DNA of 64,000 nt, taken from an uncultured Candidatus Poseidoniales archaeon (GTDB taxonomy: Archaea; Thermoplasmatota; Poseidoniia; Poseidoniales; Thalassarchaeaceae). A model generated the notes under the pieces. The model was not told the DNA's origin and made no database searches. It saw only the letters and a program-made list of their open reading frames with translations. The stretch is from NCBI GenBank assembly GCA_964013425.1, contig CAXGWC010000002.1, positions 22,818 through 86,817 on the forward strand, read 5' to 3'. Shown here piece after piece: positions 25,124-35,789 of the stretch; position 1 is the first letter of the stretch; the number at the start of each line of letters is the position of its first letter. The translations under genes were made by a program, and so were the position numbers.

Positions 25124-28100
25124 ATGGTTGATTCTAGGAGGGACTCGATGGAGCCGAATGTGGACTCAATTACAATTGAAGAGATACCTGTTGGAGCAAT
25201 TCCCAACTGGCTCTTCGATCATTTCGTCGACCAGGCAATAGATCCTAGGCCCGTTTCCAAAGGGGGCCCTTCGAAAGTCCTAACAATATACTCCAATGAG
25301 AACAGTAGAAGACAACACATGTCTATGCTCAGCAACATAGGTTTCGCTTTCGACAGGACCCTCCACCATACTCTGGAGTCACTCAAGTCCTCCCTAATGG
25401 CGGACCTGAGGATCCCGAGAAAAATCTCTTTAGGACCTTCCTTCGACTTAGTACTGCATAATTTATGCTCAGAAAGAGCATCGGATCTTTCCTTCCCACT
25501 GATCAATCCTCTGCCTAATATGCATTGGGGGGAGGGGAAGACTACTGCTCTCTCAGAGCTACACACTTTCCTCTCAAAAGAGTCCTCAACAGCCTCATGG
25601 GATGGTCCAGGAATGCACTCTTTCAGAGAGATTCTAAGAGACATTGAATCGAAGACGGGAGGAACTCATCCTGATTTTCTGACATCTAAGATACTGGAAG
25701 GTATTGAATTCGTTGAAACTCCTTTCACACTACTGGATATTGATGGTATTATCATGCTAGATCATGCCTCTCCCATCAACAAGTCAGATTCGGAACTACT
25801 CACTGCTCTTTCCAAAATTCGCCCCATTCATCAATTAACATATCCAGGGAGTTACAGGCTTGGATTTCACGGGTTTCAACTGGTGGATGATTTCCCTATA
25901 ACAGATACAGACGATTTGCCAGAATGGATTCCCAGACATGAAATATCCAACCACAAAAATGCCCCAACTGTGAATAGGGTTTTTGTTAATAGAGAGGAAC
26001 AGTCTTTTGAGGCCTCTATTTCGATTGCCAGAGGCTTTCTATCAGAGGAACCCAATTCAACAGTCCTAATCATCGATCCATCATTTGAAGAAAATCAAAC
26101 CAGATGGAGCAAAATGATACATGATTTGGGACTGCCCGTATCTGGACTAAAGAAACCCATAATACATTCACCATTAGGCCACTGGTTACATGAGTTGGCT
26201 AAAATTGGAAACGGCTCTAACTCTTTCTCAATGGATAAGCTAAGATTGTTGGCCTTACAGGAATCGCTCTCCCCTTTTTCTCCTTTCCACAATGAAGATA
26301 ACACCAATGATATTTCACCTCATCCCGATATAGAGCTACTATCTCAAATTGCAAGGTCAGAGCACATTCTAGGAGGACCAGGCGCTTTAGAGAGGTGGAT
26401 GGAGGCTCTATGCAGGCCCTCCAAGAAAGACGAAAAGGGCCCCGCACGTGAATCAACTCAGTGGTGGATGATCGCACTCGTATCGTCAATACTTCCACTT
26501 CTAGATAAGACAGATAGAGAACTTCTATCAAATCAAAGACTTCTCACAGGATGCCACTCCGGAAAACTTCTCGAAGTGCCCAACTCGCCATCTACTGGGG
26601 ATGAGTGGCTCGCTAGAACTTTTCAACAAATAGACACCGCTATCACAATTGACTCTCTGGATGGAAACGCAATACCAATATCGTCCATAATAAAGGCAAT
26701 CACATCTGAGCACGAGTCCTTGAGGTCACTGCAAAGATCAGTCGGACAGCCTCCTCCTGCAGGAGGGTCAGAATGGGTATCAGAGCTATCATCCATACTC
26801 AAGACCGCTTCTCTTCCGGTTCCGGTATCAGGCATCAGCTCAAGACTAAGAGTCATGGCGCCAAAAGACGCTCTTGGTTGCAACTCAGACATAGCTATAC
26901 TGGCAAATACATCAGCACCCTCATGGAATCTCAGATCGCCAAAAATACCCTTCATAGGAGAAATGGAGAGACACAAATTCGAGCTTCTGAGGCCAGACGT
27001 TCCTATTACCAAGGCACGTCATCACCTGTATCACATTCTCAATTGCTGTAGTAAAGTGATTTTGATAGACCCCAGCTTGGATAAGTCCACACCTCTAGCA
27101 CCTCCCTTGGAGGAGATCTTAGCTTACTGTACCTCACCAGTCCACTTCGATCCAAACTCCGAGGAGAATCTCGGCCCTAGGGACATTAAGCAACTTGATG
27201 GAATACTACTCCGAAACATGAAGAATTCAAGCAATCCACCCCTCAATCCCAGTGCGATTACCATTCCCCTCGATGTAGAGCTTCAGAGGGATAGGGAGAG
27301 AAGGCAACCTAGCAAGGCTGACTCAGAAGGATACCTTCCAGCCGAATATAGAAACAGGGTTATTTTGTTCGACTACGACGATTTGACAAGAAAGACTCCA
27401 GAGGGAGTAGAAAATCCTCGTAATTCTACTATTTGGCCAGTCATTGGAGCCACCAGTAGCGACGGGAAGAACTCCGTAACCATTGATCCCAGACCATTTA
27501 CTCCGATACCGTCCGGTTCAGCTGTATCGGATAGCAGACATGGCCATTCAGACGGCGCCAATCAGGAAATACAACTATGGTCTCCAAGCAGGCTTCAAGA
27601 ATGGGCTATGTGCCCTCGAAGAGGATGGCTATCAAGAGGACTCAGAATTAGAGAGGAAGAGACACAGAGCGAAGATCTTGATCCGAGAATCCATGGGGAC
27701 CTCCTTCACCAGGTACATCACGATCTTATTTGTGAGGTCCTAGGCATGCAAGAGCAAGTGGAAAGGGACATATCAGGAGCTCTAGAGGGGCATTTTCCCA
27801 CCAATATAGCCGATTCGGGCTTAGAAGAGCAAGACATCATGCAGAAGGCCCTCGAAATCCTTGACAAACTAGCACCATGGCTGGAACGATCTGATGGTGT
27901 TTCCACCTTTAGACTCAGAATGCTCACCGGTATGTCACACATTGAATGGAAAGACTGGCTGGCCAACCCAGTCAGGGCCCCGCTAGGAGGTAGAATAGGA
28001 GCAATGATAAGATCAGAAATGCAACTTTCAGACTCAATGCCCATTGCGTTGGAATGGGAAATTTCTAATGGTTCAGAGACAGGCTCAGAAATTTCTCTGA

Positions 28101-28729
28101 ATCAAAATGAAACCAGTCCAAATCAGATAGAATTGCCTTCCATAATGATCAATGGAAAGATAGACAGGGTGGATATAATTCCATTCGACAAAGAAGGCAA
28201 TGAATGGATTAATGATGACGGATCAATTGAGATAGCGCCATTAAGACTCTTCGAAAAGAATGACTGGAAACCTCGTAGAAGAGTGATTATCAGAGATTTG
28301 AAGACTTCAGAGAAAAAGCCTTCAGATAGGAACAAGGAAGGCCTTCTTAACGAACTTCAATTGGCAATTTATTCCAGAGCATGGGAGATCAACCACCCAG
28401 GAGACTTGGTCGTGGGGGCTGGTATCTCAACCATTGGGCACTCCACAGAACATCTCGTTGAGCCTTCAGCCAACCATCGATCAGAATTAGAATCACTTTC
28501 AGTAGGAACGACCACCTCTCTGACCACCAGATTGCATAGATTCCCAGACGAATCCACCAATCCCAAGAGTGACCCCTTCAGAGCATGGATGGCCCAGCGA
28601 CTTTCAGTTGCATTAGGGGTTGCTAATGGGGCCGTTGAAGGTAGAGTACACCCAACTCCATCCAAATCAGCATGCAGATACTGCCCAGTGAGTAGTATAT
28701 GCGCAGTCAAAATGGAGGATGACTACTGA
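25124..28729 (+). CDS. AddB-like protein: inactive helicase-like region + PD-(D/E)XK nuclease with Fe-S cysteines
   Basis: WSPSRLQEWAMCPRR, HGDLLH, GKIDRVD, DLKT, LQLAIY and CRYCPVSSIC. No Walker A recognised. Confidence 0.8.
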   Translation: MVDSRRDSMEPNVDSITIEEIPVGAIPNWLFDHFVDQAIDPRPVSKGGPSKVLTIYSNENSRRQHMSMLSNIGFAFDRTLHHTLESLKSSLMADLRIPRKISLGPSFDLVLHNLCSERASDLSFPLINPLPNMHWGEGKTTALSELHTFLSKESSTASWDGPGMHSFREILRDIESKTGGTHPDFLTSKILEGIEFVETPFTLLDIDGIIMLDHASPINKSDSELLTALSKIRPIHQLTYPGSYRLGFHGFQLVDDFPITDTDDLPEWIPRHEISNHKNAPTVNRVFVNREEQSFEASISIARGFLSEEPNSTVLIIDPSFEENQTRWSKMIHDLGLPVSGLKKPIIHSPLGHWLHELAKIGNGSNSFSMDKLRLLALQESLSPFSPFHNEDNTNDISPHPDIELLSQIARSEHILGGPGALERWMEALCRPSKKDEKGPARESTQWWMIALVSSILPLLDKTDRELLSNQRLLTGCHSGKLLEVPNSPSTGDEWLARTFQQIDTAITIDSLDGNAIPISSIIKAITSEHESLRSLQRSVGQPPPAGGSEWVSELSSILKTASLPVPVSGISSRLRVMAPKDALGCNSDIAILANTSAPSWNLRSPKIPFIGEMERHKFELLRPDVPITKARHHLYHILNCCSKVILIDPSLDKSTPLAPPLEEILAYCTSPVHFDPNSEENLGPRDIKQLDGILLRNMKNSSNPPLNPSAITIPLDVELQRDRERRQPSKADSEGYLPAEYRNRVILFDYDDLTRKTPEGVENPRNSTIWPVIGATSSDGKNSVTIDPRPFTPIPSGSAVSDSRHGHSDGANQEIQLWSPSRLQEWAMCPRRGWLSRGLRIREEETQSEDLDPRIHGDLLHQVHHDLICEVLGMQEQVERDISGALEGHFPTNIADSGLEEQDIMQKALEILDKLAPWLERSDGVSTFRLRMLTGMSHIEWKDWLANPVRAPLGGRIGAMIRSEMQLSDSMPIALEWEISNGSETGSEISLNQNETSPNQIELPSIMINGKIDRVDIIPFDKEGNEWINDDGSIEIAPLRLFEKNDWKPRRRVIIRDLKTSEKKPSDRNKEGLLNELQLAIYSRAWEINHPGDLVVGAGISTIGHSTEHLVEPSANHRSELESLSVGTTTSLTTRLHRFPDESTNPKSDPFRAWMAQRLSVALGVANGAVEGRVHPTPSKSACRYCPVSSICAVKMEDDY

Positions 28730-31700
28730 TGATTCCCAATACCGCTCAACGCCTCGCGCTAAACTTGGATTCACATATTGTAATCGATGCTGGAGCCGGG
28801 ACAGGAAAGACCAAGACCATCATCGATAGAGTGATTGAGCACTATCTCTGTGGAGATCAAAGGGCCACTAGGATACTCCCAGTCCCAGAAAGACCCCCTC
28901 CACCAAGAGGAGGGATCCTAATTTCCCCCTCTTCGGAGACGGTAGCTCCCAAGGATCACCCCGGGCTTCTCCCTGGAGAGGTAGTTCTGCTAACGTTCAC
29001 CAACAAGGCGGCAGATGAGATGAGGCATAGGTTGAGGGATGAGATATTGAAACTGAGAATGGGCTCCTCTTCGGTCTCCGAACAGAATAGAGCCGATCCA
29101 AGAGTAACCCATCCCGGCCTTCCTGAGCAGCTTCTAACCCTTCTGGAGGACGCCCCAATAGGTACCATAGACTCCTTCTTCAATCAATTAGTCTCTCCTT
29201 ACAGAGGATTCCTAGGAGATGCTCTCAGCAGGGAGAATATTTCTGATGCAAGCAGGATACTACTTATCGAAGACGCACTCGATACACTTTGGCGGCTTCC
29301 AAGCTCAATCTCTGGTCTAGGAGATGCAGTCGATGCAGGTATTCCAGCAGAGATAGCGTCAGATGTCCTCAAAGCCAGAGAGAGAATAGCTAGGAGATAC
29401 TCTGGTAGGAAGACCGCAGCTAGGCTACTCCGCGGTCTTGTTAGGAAATCCGTCTTCATCGAGGAAGGACTCAGGAGAATCACTGATAAGAACGGCCATG
29501 TAGACCCCCTACTACTCAGGGAAAGAATCCTATCTACAACTGATAGGAAACTAGTCGAGTCAATGTGTTCGAGGATAAATGAAAGTAGTGAGAGATATTG
29601 TGAAATCATCCTTGGATCTCCTGAAATGGTAGCTGGGGGCATTCCCCAAGAATCGAGAATGGCCTGTCTGTTAGCACTAAATAAACAGAATCCGTCTGAT
29701 ACATGGGGACAATTAGTATGGCTTGCGCATCATCTAGATTGCACCACAAGTGCGCCAACAGTTCAATCTGGTTCTCCAACCATATTTCCCAGACAAAATA
29801 TTCCTGATGACAGCCATTGGCCGAGAGGGGTAAAGTCTTGGAGCGCAATAAAGGACAAGCACACCAAGGAATCTACCAAAGAAGCACTAAACTTGGAAAT
29901 AGATAGAATCAGGAACGCATGGACCGACTCTACTGGTTCCCTGACTCTCCATTTTGCTCAGATTGCAATGCTTCTAGACTCGGCATCCCCTCCCTGCTCA
30001 CCTCCCTCTCGTGGAAAATCCCTGTCCCCCTTGCCAGACACCATCCCAGATAGGCTTCCTCAAGGAGAAAAATCAGAGAGATACTATTTCACCATAGAAG
30101 CAGAAGCTGGGAATCTGGATGATCTCAGGCTAGCACATCTGGGATTCAAAGGTATTCTGAAAAGAATGAAGGAAAGAGAAGAGGTCCACGACTTCGATGA
30201 TATACAGGCCTTAGCAGGCGACCTACTACTTTCCAAGTGCCCAGAAGTGTGTCGTAAATACTACCCCCAAGAGGTAATTAGAGAACTGGATTCCATAGGC
30301 GATGAACCTTGGAGAGACGATCATATCCTGGCTGCGTTAAAGCAGATATCCACATTAGAAAATAACCCAAAGTTAGCAGGAGAATCAATATCCGAATTAA
30401 CAGCTATCAGATCAGATCTGGAAAGGAGACACGATCTTCTCAGGACCATTCGAAGGAGATTCAGGGCATTCATCATTGACGAGGCACAGGATAACTCACC
30501 TCTCCAATGGAGGCTTCTTTCCAGACTCTGGGGAGAGAGGAGCGTCCTGGAGGGGGAGATTCCAACCCCAGATACGCCATGGCAACCCACTGTGTGCTAC
30601 GTTGGCGATGTCAAGCAGAGCATCTATGCTTTCAGACAGGCCGAGGTGGTCGGATTCCTTGAATATGCTAGAACACTGATGGCAATAAATCGTCACGAAT
30701 TCTCCAGTATCCAGTTATTACGACAAAAACCAACACTAAGAAAGATCGACAGTAGCAGGGACCCAAGAAATGCACATCTAGTGGGAATCAAACAGGCAAA
30801 GACACTGACTCGCTTATCTGGAATTGATACGACACCATGGGTTCCTTTCGATCTTCCAGATAGAGGACGTATCCCAGAGCCCGAGGAAATCGATAGAAGG
30901 AGGAACGGATTAATCCGACTAAATGTTAACTATCGTACCAAGGGAGGGCTTTTAGAAGCAATGAATCACTGGTGGGATGATGTGTTTTCAGACAGGCACA
31001 AAGACTTCCCAAGAGGAGATTTCTACGCTACATCACAACCCTTGCGCCCGTCTGAGGAAAACTCAGACTCGGCTGGTTCGATTGAATGGATATGCCCCGT
31101 ACTAAATGGCGGGGATGATGATGCTCCAGAAGATCTCACCGCTCCAATAGACTCGTTCGGTTTCGGAAAGCCGAACTCGATCGAAAGGCAGGCGATGCTA
31201 ATCGCACTGAGGGCCAAAAATTTGATCAAAGGAGAGCCAATAAGGGTTCTCTCATCATCAGGAAAGTGGAGCGAGCTACCGGCAGAAGAGCCAATCGCTC
31301 CGAGTGACATAATGATTCTCCTTCCGAGCAGGAGTAAGCTGAGAGATAGCATAATGAGAGAGCTCTCAGTTGTTGGTGTCCCTGCTCAGGCCGACAGGGA
31401 AGGAAGCCTCCTACAACGTCCGACCGCACACGCCCTCGATGGCCTACTACAGCTATTGGCAAGGCCCGACTCTCCCCATCACGCTGCATGGGTGGCAAGG
31501 TCTTCACTAATTGGCCTCGATGACAGACAACTTCAGAAATTCATTGGGGACTCATCTCGAGGGGAAGATATGCTAGCTAGATTACGAGATTTTACAGCAA
31601 ATGACAGGCATAAAGAAATGATAAAAAGATGGGAGATTCTCTCTAGGTCTAGCAGATTAGTCGAAGCTCTTAACGAGACATTGGATAGATCGGACCTATT

Positions 31701-33591
31701 GATGGCCTACCCAGATAATACCTCAAGACAGGATGCCGAGCAGTTTATCCAACTAGTGAGCACGTTGGCTATGGATCTCGGCGGTGACTGCAAAGTAATA
31801 GCGGACAGTGTCCGTAGGCTAAGAGAGGGGGATAAGAACAGTACAGAGGCAGTGAATGTGCCTGACTCAGACGCTGTCAGAGTTATGACAATCCATGGAT
31901 CAAAGGGCTTAGAATCTAAGGTAGTAATCCTGGCAGATGTATTCTCCGGAAGGCAGACCAATATCAGAATAGAATCCTCAGAGAGACTCATTGTCACTCC
32001 TGATTTATTCGGGGGGCATCCCAAGCCATGGCCTTCCAAAGATCCAGTTTCTCCTCTCTGGAAACACGTGAAGAAAATCCACTTGGCCAGAAGGAATGCT
32101 GAAGCAAGAAGGTTGCTTTACGTAGCGGCCACAAGAGCTGAAGACAAGTTGATAATTTGTGGTTCTCCCAAGCACACTAAATGGGAGGATGGAAAGGGAA
32201 TCACCTTTTCTTGGTCTTATGGAAAATCAGCTCCCCAACTCGGAGAGATGTGGCTAGAATCTCTTAGACAGGGTTCATGGAAGAGAGGAGAGGAATCATC
32301 TTATTGGCTTTCTTCAGAGGACTCACAATCTCAATCTCCTCCAAAAGTCACTAACGAAGGTATCAGGGAGATAGATCCACTATTAGCATCAACCTCTGGA
32401 ATGCTAGGGTCAAATAATCTCCATGGGATAACCATATTGCATCATCCGATGTGCTTTGAAACGACAGATAAGACAACTAGAACAGTCCTGACGCCCCTCC
32501 AAAAGATCGAGAGAACCAATCAAGCGTCTTCTGAATCAGCCGCCCTCCTTCCCGCACCAAATACTACATCCAGAAATGATAGGGGGAGCAGAGTAAGGAT
32601 CGCTCCTCACGATCTGACGGTATACAATGAATGTCCGAGGAGATATTGGCTCGAGACAAGGGGAGGTAGCCCGACAAAGAAATCGGAGTATCATTCGGGG
32701 CAACTAGAAAACAAAACATTGCCATCTGGCATAGATGCAGCCACTCTTGGTAAGGTGATTCACAGGATTTTCGAGATAGGGCTGATGAATCCTGGTCCTC
32801 CTAGTGATACCATCCCAAATCTACCCAGCTCATGGATAAGCAAGAGCCCGGACAGACTTACTGATGACTCACTTATGAAACAGGTGTTCCATGAAATACT
32901 GCCGCTGGAAGCAGATAGGGAAGGGTGCTCAAAAATTGTCAGGACAATACTTGAAAGAATTAGAAAAGGACCTCTGGGGGAACTATGCTCTGGCACCTCA
33001 GTTGATGGCCATTTAGTAGACGGCTTACGAACTGAGATGCCATTCCATATTGCTAGGACTGTAGACCCGGGAGGGATTACGAGAGGGAGATGGTCTCCTG
33101 ACGGAATAGAGCCTCTCTCATACATCGAACACGCCTCCTTAGAGATGGATGGAGTGATAGATCTGGTACTTTGTACTACGTCTGAGGAAGGGAGTTTCAT
33201 CAGGCCCATAGACTTGAAGACCGAGGAGGCAGTGAGTATCTCCGATTATGATTCCAATGGCCTAATCTCGTCTTTGGGTAACGATTCAATCAAGCCAGCA
33301 TCTCAAGCGGAGATGGATATTCTCGAACACCACGCAATGCAGTTGACGCTGTATTACTTGTCTTTGAAGTCTATCGAGGATGAGAGGAAGAAAAGAGGGC
33401 TACCTTACAGAGAGGTCCTAAGACCAGCAATATTAGTTGGCATAACTGGTAGAATCGTTGAGTACCCGGAAGACATGTTCCTAACGGCACTGCAAAAGTT
33501 AGACATGGCTATGAATACCGTAACGGAAATGGCACTCTTGTCAGAAGCCCCAATCGCTCGGTATCCTTGCACTTGCTCAACCTGCACTTAG
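28729..33591 (+). CDS. AddA-like UvrD (SF1A) helicase + C-terminal PD-(D/E)XK nuclease
   Basis: AGAGTGKT, LLTFTNKAADEM, IGTIDSF, IIDEAQD, VGDVKQSIYAFR, NYRT, MTIHGSKGLE, LLYVAATRAE; nuclease GVIDLV, IDLKT, QLTLY. TGATG coupling to the upstream gene. Confidence 0.88.
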   Translation: MIPNTAQRLALNLDSHIVIDAGAGTGKTKTIIDRVIEHYLCGDQRATRILPVPERPPPPRGGILISPSSETVAPKDHPGLLPGEVVLLTFTNKAADEMRHRLRDEILKLRMGSSSVSEQNRADPRVTHPGLPEQLLTLLEDAPIGTIDSFFNQLVSPYRGFLGDALSRENISDASRILLIEDALDTLWRLPSSISGLGDAVDAGIPAEIASDVLKARERIARRYSGRKTAARLLRGLVRKSVFIEEGLRRITDKNGHVDPLLLRERILSTTDRKLVESMCSRINESSERYCEIILGSPEMVAGGIPQESRMACLLALNKQNPSDTWGQLVWLAHHLDCTTSAPTVQSGSPTIFPRQNIPDDSHWPRGVKSWSAIKDKHTKESTKEALNLEIDRIRNAWTDSTGSLTLHFAQIAMLLDSASPPCSPPSRGKSLSPLPDTIPDRLPQGEKSERYYFTIEAEAGNLDDLRLAHLGFKGILKRMKEREEVHDFDDIQALAGDLLLSKCPEVCRKYYPQEVIRELDSIGDEPWRDDHILAALKQISTLENNPKLAGESISELTAIRSDLERRHDLLRTIRRRFRAFIIDEAQDNSPLQWRLLSRLWGERSVLEGEIPTPDTPWQPTVCYVGDVKQSIYAFRQAEVVGFLEYARTLMAINRHEFSSIQLLRQKPTLRKIDSSRDPRNAHLVGIKQAKTLTRLSGIDTTPWVPFDLPDRGRIPEPEEIDRRRNGLIRLNVNYRTKGGLLEAMNHWWDDVFSDRHKDFPRGDFYATSQPLRPSEENSDSAGSIEWICPVLNGGDDDAPEDLTAPIDSFGFGKPNSIERQAMLIALRAKNLIKGEPIRVLSSSGKWSELPAEEPIAPSDIMILLPSRSKLRDSIMRELSVVGVPAQADREGSLLQRPTAHALDGLLQLLARPDSPHHAAWVARSSLIGLDDRQLQKFIGDSSRGEDMLARLRDFTANDRHKEMIKRWEILSRSSRLVEALNETLDRSDLLMAYPDNTSRQDAEQFIQLVSTLAMDLGGDCKVIADSVRRLREGDKNSTEAVNVPDSDAVRVMTIHGSKGLESKVVILADVFSGRQTNIRIESSERLIVTPDLFGGHPKPWPSKDPVSPLWKHVKKIHLARRNAEARRLLYVAATRAEDKLIICGSPKHTKWEDGKGITFSWSYGKSAPQLGEMWLESLRQGSWKRGEESSYWLSSEDSQSQSPPKVTNEGIREIDPLLASTSGMLGSNNLHGITILHHPMCFETTDKTTRTVLTPLQKIERTNQASSESAALLPAPNTTSRNDRGSRVRIAPHDLTVYNECPRRYWLETRGGSPTKKSEYHSGQLENKTLPSGIDAATLGKVIHRIFEIGLMNPGPPSDTIPNLPSSWISKSPDRLTDDSLMKQVFHEILPLEADREGCSKIVRTILERIRKGPLGELCSGTSVDGHLVDGLRTEMPFHIARTVDPGGITRGRWSPDGIEPLSYIEHASLEMDGVIDLVLCTTSEEGSFIRPIDLKTEEAVSISDYDSNGLISSLGNDSIKPASQAEMDILEHHAMQLTLYYLSLKSIEDERKKRGLPYREVLRPAILVGITGRIVEYPEDMFLTALQKLDMAMNTVTEMALLSEAPIARYPCTCSTCT

Positions 33592-33649
33592 CATATTTCT
33601 CCTAACGCTGGACAGAAGAATCCATTTGCTAAATTGTATACCAATACAC

Positions 33650-35062
33650 ATGGAACACGACTTGGACCGGCTTCTGACTATGAGTGATGATATATGGGAG
33701 AACTCAATTATCCCTAGTCTCAGTGAATTCATATCCATCAAGGCCCTCTCTCCACTGTTCGAACCAGAATGGCGCAGGCTAGGGGAGCTTGACGCCACAA
33801 TTGATCTATTCTGTAAGTGGGTCGAAACCCAGAATCTGAATGGAATGACCTACTCAGTTCACAGGATCGAAGACAGGTCTCCAGTTCTGCTTATCACTGT
33901 CGAGGGGACAGGACCGGGTGAGATTGTCTTCTACTCTCATCTGGACAAGCAACCCTCCAAGCCAGAACTGTGGTCCGAGGGACTCGGCCCTTTGAAAGCT
34001 GTCAGGAGAGGTCCGTGGCTCTTTGGAAGGGGAAGTATCGACGATGGATATGGAGGTTATCTATGCGTAGCTTCTCTGAAAATTCTTCAGAACTCCAATA
34101 TTCCTCATCCAAAATGCTCCTTCTTAATCGAAACATGTGAAGAATCGGGATCCTATGATCTACCTCCTTATCTCGAGGCTCTGAAGGAAGATTTAGGAGA
34201 ACCCGATATGATTGTAGTGATGGATAGTGGCGGTCCCGACTACGATCATATCTGGATTACAGAGGCACTAAGGGGTCTTATCTCGGGTACTCTTTCAATC
34301 AAGGTTTCACATGAGGGAATCCATTCGGGCACTTCTGGAGGCTCTATTCCATCTTCATTTAGAATAGCTAGGGCGCTATTAGATAGGGTTGAAGACTCAA
34401 AAACAGGTCAGATTCTAATCCCTGAAATGCACGTTGACATATCCGATGATCTCAGAAGCAAGGCAGAATCACTCGCCAATGTAGTGGGGGATTCGCTCTG
34501 GCAACAGCTGCCCACGGTAGACACGCTCCTCCCGGTTTCGGATAATACTGCAGACATGATTCTGGGAATGAATTGGCAACCCTCACTATGCGTCATAGGA
34601 GCTGATGGCCTACCGTCAGTTCAGACGGCTGGAAATGTACTAAGAACTAATACCGATCTAAAATTGAGCTTTAGGATACCTCCCGGAGTCGATGCAGGCC
34701 CTCTTGAGCCAATTCTGAAGCAAATTCTAGAGGAAAATCCACCATATGGAGCAGAGGTTTCATTCTCACCCGACTCGTCCGCAAATGGCTTTCATTCACC
34801 TCCGCTAGATGGAGAGGTAAAGAGGGCCATTACTGAGGCTTCTACGCTCTTAACCGGTAGACCGCCTTTAGCAACTTGGATTGGTGGAACAATTCCATTC
34901 ATGGCTATGATGCAGAGCAGATACCCAAATGCTAAGTTTCTATGCACAGGAGCCTCTGGACCTGGAAACAATGCGCACGGTCCCGATGAGAAGCTCCACA
35001 TTCCCACGGCAAAGAGATTGACAGCAGTACTAGCAACGACTGTAGCCGCAATATCTAGATGA
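33650..35062 (+). CDS. M20 family metallopeptidase (dipeptidase-like)
   Basis: YSHLDKQP, GRGSIDDG, ETCEESGS, HSG, GGTIPF, NAHGPDE. Confidence 0.9.
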   Translation: MEHDLDRLLTMSDDIWENSIIPSLSEFISIKALSPLFEPEWRRLGELDATIDLFCKWVETQNLNGMTYSVHRIEDRSPVLLITVEGTGPGEIVFYSHLDKQPSKPELWSEGLGPLKAVRRGPWLFGRGSIDDGYGGYLCVASLKILQNSNIPHPKCSFLIETCEESGSYDLPPYLEALKEDLGEPDMIVVMDSGGPDYDHIWITEALRGLISGTLSIKVSHEGIHSGTSGGSIPSSFRIARALLDRVEDSKTGQILIPEMHVDISDDLRSKAESLANVVGDSLWQQLPTVDTLLPVSDNTADMILGMNWQPSLCVIGADGLPSVQTAGNVLRTNTDLKLSFRIPPGVDAGPLEPILKQILEENPPYGAEVSFSPDSSANGFHSPPLDGEVKRAITEASTLLTGRPPLATWIGGTIPFMAMMQSRYPNAKFLCTGASGPGNNAHGPDEKLHIPTAKRLTAVLATTVAAISR

Positions 35063-35142
35063 ATACACTAATCCCATGTATTTGTATCCCGTTTCCGCCG
35101 GGGTTAAAGGGGAGGCAGTAGTCCAGCTGTTTGGGATACACC

Positions 35143-35778
35143 ATGAGCGATGAGGAAACGATACCTGTCGAACAGGACGATTTGGCCGAGCAACTAGCCA
35201 TGGAGAAGGAAAGACTTGACAAGCTATATGTGGCATATCAGGCAATTGAATCTGAGTTAGCCGACGCCAAGGCCCATATCGAAGTTCTTGAGAAGGACGC
35301 TATCGATAAGGAAATCGAGAAAGAGGGATTAGGGGAACTTCTCAATGAGAAGGACAGTCGTATCAGGAACCTCGAGATAGAGTCTGCTAAGGCAGGAACA
35401 AGAGTAAAGCATCTCGAACCTGAACTTGAGAAGATGGAAGAGATGTACACCAGAGAGCAAGCTAGGCTTGGAAGAGTATTCGATGTCGCAGAGGAGCTTG
35501 ATGAAGCCCTTCAGACCGCTACTTCTGAGTTGAAGGCTAGAGACGACTGGTACGTGGAGCACATGAAGATCTTCGAAGATATCAAGAAGGTCACAGAGAC
35601 AAGATTCGAGATGATTGACAGGGCTATGGAATACTTCAAGGAGTTCCAGGAGAAACAGGATACTTTCAGAGATAGGATGGATGAGACGCTTGAGGCTGTC
35701 AAGGAAGCTGCTTCTGAAAACGCTACTGTTGAAGAAGAGGCTCCTGAATCACCAGAGCAATCACAAGAAGAAGCGTGA
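35143..35778 (+). CDS. Acidic coiled-coil protein of unknown function
   Basis: Glu/Lys/Leu-rich heptad pattern over about 180 aa; no TM segments. Confidence 0.7.
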   Translation: MSDEETIPVEQDDLAEQLAMEKERLDKLYVAYQAIESELADAKAHIEVLEKDAIDKEIEKEGLGELLNEKDSRIRNLEIESAKAGTRVKHLEPELEKMEEMYTREQARLGRVFDVAEELDEALQTATSELKARDDWYVEHMKIFEDIKKVTETRFEMIDRAMEYFKEFQEKQDTFRDRMDETLEAVKEAASENATVEEEAPESPEQSQEEA

Positions 35779-35789
35779 GATTAACTCCA

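Noticed and set aside
27580..28729. Cas4-like nuclease suggesting CRISPR-Cas
   Set aside because: The four-Cys PD-(D/E)XK domain is the C-terminus of an AddB-like protein; no cas genes or repeat-spacer array were seen in the window.
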